Assembly (NCBI GenBank): GCA_044222475.1
Contig: JBGANF010000031.1
Location: 1 to 64,000 of the forward strand
Reading direction: 5' to 3'
DNA length: 64,000 nucleotides
DNA from: Polyangiaceae bacterium
GTDB taxonomy: Bacteria; Myxococcota_A; Polyangia; Polyangiales; Polyangiaceae
Shown here: one piece after another, positions 30,067 to 38,092 of the stretch
Layout of the letters: every line of letters starts with the position of its first letter
How positions within the stretch are numbered: position 1 is the first letter of the stretch
Notes under the pieces: generated by a model
What the model saw: the letters and a program-made list of their open reading frames with translations, nothing else
Databases searched by the model: none
Told to the model about the DNA's origin: nothing
Program-made: the position numbers and the translations under genes

Positions 30067-30077
30067 GCTTTCGTTGC

Positions 30078-30761
30078 TCAGCCGTGGCTCCAGTAGTCGC
30101 AACCAGGACCACCGGCGCCTTGCGGGTCGGAAGCGATGAGAGCCTGGAGGCCTTCGGCGCGCGCCTCTCCGGTGGATGCTCGACGCCTCACCTCGGCAAA
30201 GCGACGCATGTACGCCGTGCAGGCTTCGAGCAAGCGGTCGAAGCGGGAGAACACGATCGGACTGATCACCTCGTCGGTGCCGGCCCACTCGTGATCCCAG
30301 AATCGAATGGGCCATCCGTCCGGATCGCCCCCGCCGCGCGGGTCGAAGCAAAGCGGGCCAGCGTCCATCATCGCTTCGCCACCGAACGGCACGAGCCCAC
30401 AGGCGAGCGCGGCCGCTCCGAAACTGTCACTCGAGATTCGTCGAAGCGACTGGCCGGGCGCATTCGACGGATTGTCGGGCAGCCGCGCGACGGAAACGTC
30501 CATGTCCAGCGTGTAGTACGTCGAGTACCAGCGGCGGAACGACGGTGGATACCGGATTCGAGAGTCGCGTTCGAGCTCATCGAGCGCACGTGCGACCCGT
30601 TCGCGGTCGCACTGGAGCAGACGCCACTCGACCCAGCCGGCGGACGTCGGATCGTCAGCGACAATCATGTCGAGGGGCGTCTTCGCCGTACGGACCGTCT
30701 TGGGAACGTCGATCCATTGAGCGTAGGCAGCGAAGAACGCCGAGTCGATCGCAGAGATCAC
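30078..30761 (-). CDS. SMI1/KNR4 (SUKH) family protein
   Basis: LDELERDSRIRYPPSFRRW, LVPFG...GPLCFD...PIRFWDHE...FSRFDRLL. Confidence 0.8.
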   Translation of the reverse strand: MISAIDSAFFAAYAQWIDVPKTVRTAKTPLDMIVADDPTSAGWVEWRLLQCDRERVARALDELERDSRIRYPPSFRRWYSTYYTLDMDVSVARLPDNPSNAPGQSLRRISSDSFGAAALACGLVPFGGEAMMDAGPLCFDPRGGGDPDGWPIRFWDHEWAGTDEVISPIVFSRFDRLLEACTAYMRRFAEVRRRASTGEARAEGLQALIASDPQGAGGPGCDYWSHG

Positions 30762-30807
30762 GACAAAAGCGTATCCCGGCCGATGCAGCGAGGACCAGCC
30801 ATCTTCC

Positions 30808-31935
30808 TCACCTGGCGTTCCTGGCGTCTCTGGCGGTCCTTCTCAACGCCCCCCACGCACCTCGCACCGTCGACGCGGTGAAGCTCGCCATCGGCACGAC
30901 CCGCATCACCTCGAGCTGCTCGCGCGCAGTCGCCTGCTCCGAGAGAAACCGCGCGAGCGTCCGCGCCCCGACGCGATCGAACAGCCGCAGGAAGAGCGCC
31001 GGCGCGTCGCCCGGGTGCCGCACCATCCAGTCGAGCATCACCCGGTCCATCGCGAGCTCGCTCGGGCCGCGCGCGGGCGGGACGTCGTACTCCCCGCGCT
31101 CGATCCCGGCCGCGAGCGCCTCGACCTGACGCTGGATCGCCAAGAAGGCGTACCCCGTCGACGGCTTCGCCGAGCCCCCCGCGACGCCGAGCCGCTGCAC
31201 CCGCGCTCCGCTCTCCGAGCCAAGCCGCTCGGTCGTCATCGGCAGCACGCCGCGCTCGGTCTCGAGCACCGTCCAGCGATCGATCCCGAGGCGCTCCTTG
31301 CGCCACCGCGCGAGCGTCTCTTCGTAAATGGATGCATCATGCACGGACTCCGAGAACCACGTCGCCTCGACGAGCGCCTCCCGGTTCGAGAACGGCAACA
31401 GGTAGACGAACGCGAGCCCCCTCTCCTGCGGGACGTCGAAGTCCATGAGCATCGCCGTCTCGGGATCGAACACCGGCGCCTCGGTGCGCACGAACGCCCC
31501 GCGAAAATGCTGGAGAACGCGGATGTCGCCCGAGGGCACCGTTCGCGGGAGCTCCCGCGGCCGGGTGTCGTAAATGCGCTCGAAGTCGACCGTCGCAGCG
31601 GGCGACACGTCCACCCCCAAGCGAAGCTCGACCGACGAACCTCGCAGCGCTTCCTGCGCGTGCTCGTAGAACCGACCGCCATCGACGTGGACGTACTCGA
31701 GCCCCGGCGCCGATCGCACCACCGTCTGTCCGCGGTACCTCACCGCCCACCGCGACCATCGGTGGGTGATCGCGGCATCGAAACGATGGGGCTGCACGTT
31801 CCAGAAGCACCAGGTCCGGTCGCGAGCGTACGCCGGGCGACGCTCCAGGATCGTCGCGGCGACCCCACGGGCCGCGAGCGCCGATCCGAGCGACAGACCG
31901 GCACACCCGCCGCCGAGGATTCCTAGCGTCGTCAT
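30808..31935 (-). CDS. Lycopene cyclase family FAD-dependent protein (CrtY-like)
   Basis: ILGGGCAGLSL, DRTWCFW, LQHFRG, MLMDF, FVYLLPFS..EALVE, ERGVLPM, GGSAKPSTGYAF. Confidence 0.87.
   Translation of the reverse strand: MTTLGILGGGCAGLSLGSALAARGVAATILERRPAYARDRTWCFWNVQPHRFDAAITHRWSRWAVRYRGQTVVRSAPGLEYVHVDGGRFYEHAQEALRGSSVELRLGVDVSPAATVDFERIYDTRPRELPRTVPSGDIRVLQHFRGAFVRTEAPVFDPETAMLMDFDVPQERGLAFVYLLPFSNREALVEATWFSESVHDASIYEETLARWRKERLGIDRWTVLETERGVLPMTTERLGSESGARVQRLGVAGGSAKPSTGYAFLAIQRQVEALAAGIERGEYDVPPARGPSELAMDRVMLDWMVRHPGDAPALFLRLFDRVGARTLARFLSEQATAREQLEVMRVVPMASFTASTVRGAWGALRRTARDARNAR
30811..30837. repeat. Three imperfect 9-bp tandem repeats (CCTGGCGTT / CCTGGCGTC / TCTGGCGGT)
   Basis: Read directly; encodes the last residues (TARDARNAR) of the cyclase. 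Confidence 0.6.
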
Positions 31936-31956
31936 GCCCCTACGATGCGCGAGCCG

Positions 31957-33987
31957 TCAGTTCGGCGGCGGCTTCGCGCAGCGGCCGTTGACGCAAAGCG
32001 ACCCCAGGTCGCAGCAGTCGCCGGCGGTCGTGCACTTCTCGAACTCCTGCGAGCACTGACCCGTGGGGGGCGGTACGCACGCGAAGCCGCCGTCACCGTC
32101 GGGGCGGCAGAACCCGCCGCAGCACTCGTCACCGGTCTCGCACGAGACGCCGTTTTGCTTGCACGGGTCGAGCGCCCAGAAGCCGCGCATGTTGCCGGCC
32201 GCGAGCTCTTGGCCGTCGAGGTAGAACGCCGGGTGCGAGGGGTCCTTGCCGGGGACGGCATTGATGTCGATCGCCGCGACCCAGAGCTTCTTGCGCGGTT
32301 GATCGTCCTGACCGGGATTCGTGATCGTGTTGCCGTAGTAGCGGCGACTGGTGAAGAGCACCCAGTAGTAGCCACCGACGGCGAGCGGGAGGACCGTCGG
32401 CTCGTAGTTGAGCGTCTGCTCGGTCGGGCCGTACGGGAGGTACGTCGTGTTGCCGTTCATCCCGTTGAGCGCCGAGAGTGGAGTCGTCGTCTTCGTCGCG
32501 ATGTCGACCGCATAGAGATCGGCCTTCGCGCCGCTCCACGTGGCGTAGTCGGACTTCACGCCCGAGTGGTAGAGGAGCGTCTTGTTGTCGGGGATGAAGG
32601 CCGGCCACCCGAGGTAGTTCGTGGAATCGTTCGCGACCTCCTTCAGGTTCGAGAACGTGTTCGTGTTGAACGCGAAGTCCATGACGGTGAGCGTGTGCCC
32701 TTGTCCGACCTCGTACTGGTTGAACGCGACCTTCGTGCCGTCCTGGGAGAACACCGGCATCAGCGCCTTCTGGACCTTCCCGTCGAAGCCGGGGGCGCTG
32801 AGCAACGCACCGGTCTTCGTGTCGTAGAGCTTCGAGTCGAGGTTGCCGCTCATGCCCGGGATGTTCGGGGGCCAGCTGCCGGGGAGCGTGCCGCACGACA
32901 GGATCTTCTCGCCGTTCGGAGTGAGCCCGCCGAAGCTGTAGCTGTAGTCGGGCTTCTGGTTCATCAAGGCCGTGTTCTTCGTCAGATCGTAGGTCGCGTC
33001 GTATTGATGTCCGTACGACGCGGCGTAGACGTTGCCGTTTGCGCTCACCGAGTGGCACACGCTGCAGTTCGCGATGAGCACCTGCGCCTGCTGGCCGATC
33101 TTCACCTTGAGCGTGGCGCCGTTGCTGCCGCCGAGCGGCGACGAGTAGCTGTTGTAGTAGACGGTGCCCTTGAGCGAGCCTTGCGCGATTCCCCACGTCT
33201 CCTTCACGGGTCCGGTGGCGACACCGCCGGCGAGCTTCGTGACCTCGACGGTGAGCGGATCGTTCGCCGCCGCCGATTGCGAGACGGTCTTCCACACCGC
33301 GGGCGACATGGTGACGCGCGCCGGGTTGGACCCGCCGAAGAAGCCCTCGTAGTTGAGGTACTTCCCGGTGATCTTCACGTAGAACGCGGTCGGCGCGGTC
33401 GAACCGCCGAACTGCATCACCGGCGCCGGCAGACCGCGCGGGAACACCGTCTTGTCGTACGGGTAGAGCCACTTGAAGCCCGCGTCTGCCGTGCCTCCCG
33501 CCTTCAGCTTCGCCTGGTCGGAGCCGTTGATGTTGCCCGGGTTCTCCTGGAACGTGAGGACCACGGTGGCGGTGGTGCTCCCCTTGGCCTGCCCGGAGCT
33601 CGCGCTGACGATGGTGACGCCGCCGGCGTTGCCCGACGCCTTGAAGAGGCCCTGCTGGTCGATGCTGCCGAGGAAGCCGTTGTCGATGCTCCACGCGACC
33701 TGGCTGACCACCGTGCTCGTACCACCTTGGTACGCGGTGAACTGCTGCTGCTGCTGCGACGGATACGCCAGCGTCGGGTTGGGCGGCTTGATGTCGAGCG
33801 TGGTGTTCTGCTGTTGGCCGTCCGGCTGGGCGAACGGATCGAAACCGTCGACCGAACCGTCGAGGTCTCCCCCGTCGGTCGTTCCGAAGCCGTTGTTGTT
33901 GTTGCTCCCGCAGCCAGTCGCCCAGGCGGCGGCGCCGACGAGGACCGGAACGAGAAAAAGCGGAGCCAAGGTCGACAGCTTTGCCAT
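31957..33987 (-). CDS. Lipoprotein with Ig-like, TolB-like propeller and Cys-rich C-terminal domains
   Basis: ATGC lipobox; MPVFSQDGTKVAF, GWPAFIPD, WVLFTSRRYYGN; terminal CC-containing repeats. Confidence 0.85.
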   Translation of the reverse strand: MAKLSTLAPLFLVPVLVGAAAWATGCGSNNNNGFGTTDGGDLDGSVDGFDPFAQPDGQQQNTTLDIKPPNPTLAYPSQQQQQFTAYQGGTSTVVSQVAWSIDNGFLGSIDQQGLFKASGNAGGVTIVSASSGQAKGSTTATVVLTFQENPGNINGSDQAKLKAGGTADAGFKWLYPYDKTVFPRGLPAPVMQFGGSTAPTAFYVKITGKYLNYEGFFGGSNPARVTMSPAVWKTVSQSAAANDPLTVEVTKLAGGVATGPVKETWGIAQGSLKGTVYYNSYSSPLGGSNGATLKVKIGQQAQVLIANCSVCHSVSANGNVYAASYGHQYDATYDLTKNTALMNQKPDYSYSFGGLTPNGEKILSCGTLPGSWPPNIPGMSGNLDSKLYDTKTGALLSAPGFDGKVQKALMPVFSQDGTKVAFNQYEVGQGHTLTVMDFAFNTNTFSNLKEVANDSTNYLGWPAFIPDNKTLLYHSGVKSDYATWSGAKADLYAVDIATKTTTPLSALNGMNGNTTYLPYGPTEQTLNYEPTVLPLAVGGYYWVLFTSRRYYGNTITNPGQDDQPRKKLWVAAIDINAVPGKDPSHPAFYLDGQELAAGNMRGFWALDPCKQNGVSCETGDECCGGFCRPDGDGGFACVPPPTGQCSQEFEKCTTAGDCCDLGSLCVNGRCAKPPPN

Positions 33988-34078
33988 GGGTGGGATGCCT
34001 CACCGCAACCGTAGCAAGATGCCCGGAAATCGCTGAGAAAACGCCGCTCCGTGTCGTACTTCGGTGTACAAAGGTGGC

Positions 34079-36172
34079 ATGCGTCTTTCGCGTGGGTTTC
34101 GCCCAGTCCTCCCCTTGCTCCTCGTGCTGGCCGCCGGGCTCGTCGCTCAGCCCGCCTCCGCCGTCGGAACCCGCACGTTCGACCTCGATACCCAAGACGA
34201 ATTCACCGGCGGCGACCTCAAAGGCGTGGCGGTCGGGTCCGACGGGGTGGTTCGGGCCGGCCTCAACTTGGGCAACGTCCCAGTGAGCGACGCCACGTCG
34301 GTGTTCGCAGCCGTGACCCTCGCCGACGGGTCGGTTCTCCTCGGCACCGCCCCCAACGGAAAGGTGGTCCGCGTCGCTGGCGATCAGGCCGCGCTCTTCG
34401 CCGACACGAAGGAGATGGCGGTGACCGCCCTCGCCGTCGACGCCAAGGGAACCGTGTATGCTGCAACCATCCCGGACGGCAAGATCTACAAGGTCTCCCA
34501 AGGGAAGGCCGAGCTCTTCGTCACCCTGCCGGACGCGAGCCACGTCTGGTCGCTCGCGTTCGACAAGGCGAAGACCACGCTCTACGCGGCCGGCGGCGGC
34601 GAGTCGCAGACCGGCGGCAAGCCCGAAGGGCGCGTGTGGCGGATCACCACCGCCGGACAGGCCGACGCGCTGTTCAAGAGCGAAGAGCCGCAGCTCGTCT
34701 CGGTCGCGGTCGCGGCCAACGGCGACGTCCTCGCGGGCTCGAGCGGCAAGGGTCTCCTCTATCGCATCACCGGCCCTGGTCGAGCGACCGTGATGTACGA
34801 CTTCGTCGGCGAAGAAGTGAAGAACGTCGCCATCACCGACGCGGGCGTCGTGTGGGTGATCGTCAACGAGTACGGCGAGGCGCCCGAGCCGCCGCGTCGA
34901 GGCGCCGGCCGCTCCCCCGGATCGCCGAGCAGCACCAGCCGACCGAAGCCGGGCAAAGGCTCGCTCGTCCGCTTCGACGCGCAAGGTCGCCCAGAGCGCA
35001 TGATGCGCCACGACGACACGCACTACATGGCGCTCGCGCTCGACGATGCGGGCCAACCGTACGTCGGCACCGGCGCCGAGGGCCGCGTCTACACCGTGGA
35101 CGACTCGCACGCGGTGACGCTCGTGGCCGACACCGACGAGCGACAGGTCACCGCGATCGCCATGACCGGCTTCCCCAAGAACGCGGCACGGCCGACCGGT
35201 GCGTACGTGGTGGGGAGCGACAACGCCGTCTTCCATCGCATCCTCGGCAAGGGCGGCGCAGACGCGGTGTGGACGAGCAAGGTGCTCGACGCCGGGCTGC
35301 GCGCGCGGTTCGGCTCGCTGACGTTCCGGGCGACCGGCGCGCTCGAGCTGTCGACGCGAACCGGCAACACGCTCGTGCCCGACGGGACGTGGAGCGCCTG
35401 GTCGAACGGCATGACCGCGAACGGCACGATCCAGAGCCCCGCAGGCCGCTTCATTCAAGTGCGCGCGCGTTGGACGAGCGCCCCCGACGCGACCCTCGCC
35501 GAAGTGCTCATCCCGTTTCTGACCGACAACTTGCGGCCGGTCGTCACCGAGCTCGACGCGATCCCGAAGTCGGGGACGAAGGAGAGCAAGGAAGGCCTCG
35601 TCGCAAGCGGCGGCGACGTTCCGAAGCACGACGCGACGGTGAAGGTGGCGTGGCGCGTCGACAACCCCGACGCCGACGCGCTCCGCTACCGCATCTGGTA
35701 CCGCAAGGAAGATCAGAGCGCGTGGCACGAGATGCTGAAGCCGGAGGAGGTCCTCACCAAGACCGAGTACGACTGGGACACCGCCGGCCTGCCCGAGGGG
35801 AAGTACCGCGTGCGCGTCGAAGCGAGTGACGAAGCCGCGAACCCTCCGGACCAAGTGCAGAAGCACCAGATGGACGTCGGCGGCGTCCTCGTCGACAACA
35901 CGCCACCGACCATCAGCACGATCGGTCTCGTTGGGCGGAAGCTCAAGGTTCGGGTCGTCGATGGCGCCTCGACCATCGCGCGGGTCGAGGTGAGCTACGA
36001 CGGCAAGGCCGACTTCCGGCCGCTCGCCCCCACCGACGGCATCTTCGACGCCGCCGACGAGAGCGTCGATGCGGAGATTGGCGCCCTAGTACCGACGGGC
36101 TCCCACATCGTCGCCGTCCGCGCCTACGACGCGGCCGGAAATGTGGTCGTGAAGGACGTCGAGGCCAAGTAG
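34079..36172 (+). CDS. Exported beta-propeller plus FN3/Ig-like domain protein
   Basis: Signal peptide (ASA-VG); repeats LAVDAKGTVYAAT, LALDDAGQPYVGTG; WDTAGLPEGKYRVRVEASD, VDNTPP. Confidence 0.85.
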   Translation: MRLSRGFRPVLPLLLVLAAGLVAQPASAVGTRTFDLDTQDEFTGGDLKGVAVGSDGVVRAGLNLGNVPVSDATSVFAAVTLADGSVLLGTAPNGKVVRVAGDQAALFADTKEMAVTALAVDAKGTVYAATIPDGKIYKVSQGKAELFVTLPDASHVWSLAFDKAKTTLYAAGGGESQTGGKPEGRVWRITTAGQADALFKSEEPQLVSVAVAANGDVLAGSSGKGLLYRITGPGRATVMYDFVGEEVKNVAITDAGVVWVIVNEYGEAPEPPRRGAGRSPGSPSSTSRPKPGKGSLVRFDAQGRPERMMRHDDTHYMALALDDAGQPYVGTGAEGRVYTVDDSHAVTLVADTDERQVTAIAMTGFPKNAARPTGAYVVGSDNAVFHRILGKGGADAVWTSKVLDAGLRARFGSLTFRATGALELSTRTGNTLVPDGTWSAWSNGMTANGTIQSPAGRFIQVRARWTSAPDATLAEVLIPFLTDNLRPVVTELDAIPKSGTKESKEGLVASGGDVPKHDATVKVAWRVDNPDADALRYRIWYRKEDQSAWHEMLKPEEVLTKTEYDWDTAGLPEGKYRVRVEASDEAANPPDQVQKHQMDVGGVLVDNTPPTISTIGLVGRKLKVRVVDGASTIARVEVSYDGKADFRPLAPTDGIFDAADESVDAEIGALVPTGSHIVAVRAYDAAGNVVVKDVEAK

Positions 36173-36328
36173 CGAGCAGCGAATCCCGCGCGACTGTGCC
36201 GAGCTCCTTGGGGATGAGGAGCATGCATGACACGCCTGCCATGGCTCCGGCGAGTCATTGGCGAAATCCCGTGGAAATGCGATACTGGGGGGTGACGGCA
36301 TGTTTCGTGTAATGCCGTCTCTTGTCCG

Positions 36329-37222
36329 ATGTCCCCTTATCGCCTCATCACCGCCGTAGTGCTGGCGGCCCTCGCGGGCTCGGCCACCGGCTGCACCGCG
36401 ATCGCGCTCTCGTCGACGCAGGGCGATCCGAACCCGTACTCGGGCAACGATGCGGGCGTGGGCACCGACGGAGGCAACTACCTCGTCGACGCGATGACGC
36501 CGGGCGATGCGGTCACCACCTCTCCGCTGAGCCCGCTCTGCACGTCGCCTTCGGCAAAGTGTCGCCCCGACGACTCCAAGCTGTCGAGCCTCGTCTCGTC
36601 GTGCGGCCTCGCTCCGTATGTCGACGCCGGCACCGACGCCGACGCGAGCGCGGCCCCCGCCGCGAAGCTCGCCTGCCGCGTCGTCTACGACGAACAGAAC
36701 AACAAGTCCGCTCCCCAATGCGTGACCGCGGGTGACGCGAACGACGGCGACCCGTGCACTCAAGGATCGGACTGCAAGGTCGGATTCGAGTGCGTCGGTA
36801 CTCCGGGCCGGTGCCGCCACTACTGCTGCGCTCCCGACGAGTGCACGACGCTCACCCAGAACTCCAACGGCAAGACGTACTTCTGCGACGTGCAACCGCA
36901 AGCAGCATCGCCCGCGGTGAAGGTTCCGGTCTGCCTCGTCGCTCAGCCCTGCGAGCTCCTCAAGGACAAGTGCGGCACCGGCATGACGTGCGCCCTCGTC
37001 GATTCGAACCTCGGGACGACGAGCTGCGTCGCCACCGGCCCCGCGCAGCAAGGTCAGGACTGCGAGAAGACGCACTGCGGTGCGAACCTCACGTGCCTCG
37101 GCGCGCTCGGGTCGCGCGTGTGCGAGCGCCTCTGCGATGCGATGCACTCGTGCGGCAGCACCCAGACCTGCACGTACAAGTTCCCCGCCCTCAAGCAGCA
37201 GGGCGTGGGGATCTGCCAGTAG
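36329..37222 (+). CDS. Cys-rich lipoprotein
   Basis: ATGC lipobox; many Cys in repeated C-x5-C-x2-G-x2-C modules. Confidence 0.82.
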   Translation: MSPYRLITAVVLAALAGSATGCTAIALSSTQGDPNPYSGNDAGVGTDGGNYLVDAMTPGDAVTTSPLSPLCTSPSAKCRPDDSKLSSLVSSCGLAPYVDAGTDADASAAPAAKLACRVVYDEQNNKSAPQCVTAGDANDGDPCTQGSDCKVGFECVGTPGRCRHYCCAPDECTTLTQNSNGKTYFCDVQPQAASPAVKVPVCLVAQPCELLKDKCGTGMTCALVDSNLGTTSCVATGPAQQGQDCEKTHCGANLTCLGALGSRVCERLCDAMHSCGSTQTCTYKFPALKQQGVGICQ

Positions 37223-37338
37223 GCCTAGAAGCTCGCGCGTCGCTGCCTTGCTTCGATGATGTCCGCAGCACCTGGCGCGCGACCGGCGCGCGCGCCACTT
37301 CGCCACCTTCGAAGGCCCGAATTCCGCGGCGATCGGAG

Positions 37339-37354
37339 CGGCACGCGGCGTGCT
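37339..37354 (+). promoter_or_regulatory. Putative sigma54 -24/-12 promoter of radC
   Basis: CGGCACGCGGCGTGCT upstream of ATG 37367. Confidence 0.55.
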
Positions 37355-37366
37355 CTGGCGAAGAGC

Positions 37367-38092
37367 ATGGACCCCATCCCCCGCGCCGAGCTGCGCACGC
37401 TCTCGGTCGCCGAGCTCCTCGGCCTCGTCCTTCAACCGACCGGCGCTCGGACCGCCGAGTCGCAAGCAGCGGCCATCCTCGCCCGCGCCGGCGGCGCCGC
37501 CGCGCTCGCGAAGTGCACGCCCTTCGAGCTCGCTCGCCTGCCAGGGATGGGCCGACGGAGCGCCGCCCGCGTCGCCGCCGCCCTCGAGCTCGGGCGCCGC
37601 GTCGCGCACGCCAGCGACGTCCCGCGTCCCGTGCTGCGAGACAGTCGCGCGGTGTTCGAGCTCGCCCGCTCGATGATGCTGACCGAGCTCGTTCACGAAG
37701 AGCTCTGGATCCTGGCGGTGGACGCGCAGCAACGGCTGCGCGCATCGGCGTGCGTCGCGCGTGGCGGCCTCCATGGTCTTCACGTGGCGGTCCGGGACCC
37801 GCTCCGCTTCGCGATCCGCAACGGGGCGAGCGCGCTCATCGCGGTGCACAACCACCCGAGCGGCGACCCTTCGCCGAGCGCGGAAGATCTCGTGTTCACC
37901 GACCGCCTCGCCGTCGCCGCCGACACCGTCGGAACGCCGTTGCTCGATCACGTGATCGTCGCGGGCGAGCGACATCGCTCGCTCCTCGACGAAGGCGTCA
38001 TCGGGCGAACAACCCGAGCTGGCCCCGCGCATCGGGCGGGTGACACAGCCCGCGGTACCCGCAACGAAGCTCGTCGCAGCGGGACTCGTTGA
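37367..38092 (+). CDS. radC: RadC/UPF0758 family JAB-domain protein
   Basis: LSVAELLGLVL, LPGMG HhH, AALELGRR, EELW, HNHPSGDPSPSAED, LLDHVIV. Confidence 0.92.
   Translation: MDPIPRAELRTLSVAELLGLVLQPTGARTAESQAAAILARAGGAAALAKCTPFELARLPGMGRRSAARVAAALELGRRVAHASDVPRPVLRDSRAVFELARSMMLTELVHEELWILAVDAQQRLRASACVARGGLHGLHVAVRDPLRFAIRNGASALIAVHNHPSGDPSPSAEDLVFTDRLAVAADTVGTPLLDHVIVAGERHRSLLDEGVIGRTTRAGPAHRAGDTARGTRNEARRSGTR

Noticed and set aside
32129..35866. 1245-aa minus-strand ORF and similar long Arg/Ala-rich ORFs (40520-44575, 52799-55945, 57360-60737)
   Set aside because: Shadow frames of real genes, expected in high-GC DNA; no recognisable motifs
37367..38092. radC as marker of an integrated mobile element or CBASS JAB
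   Set aside because: Full-length HhH plus JAB chromosomal type; no integrase, att sites or CD-NTase nearby
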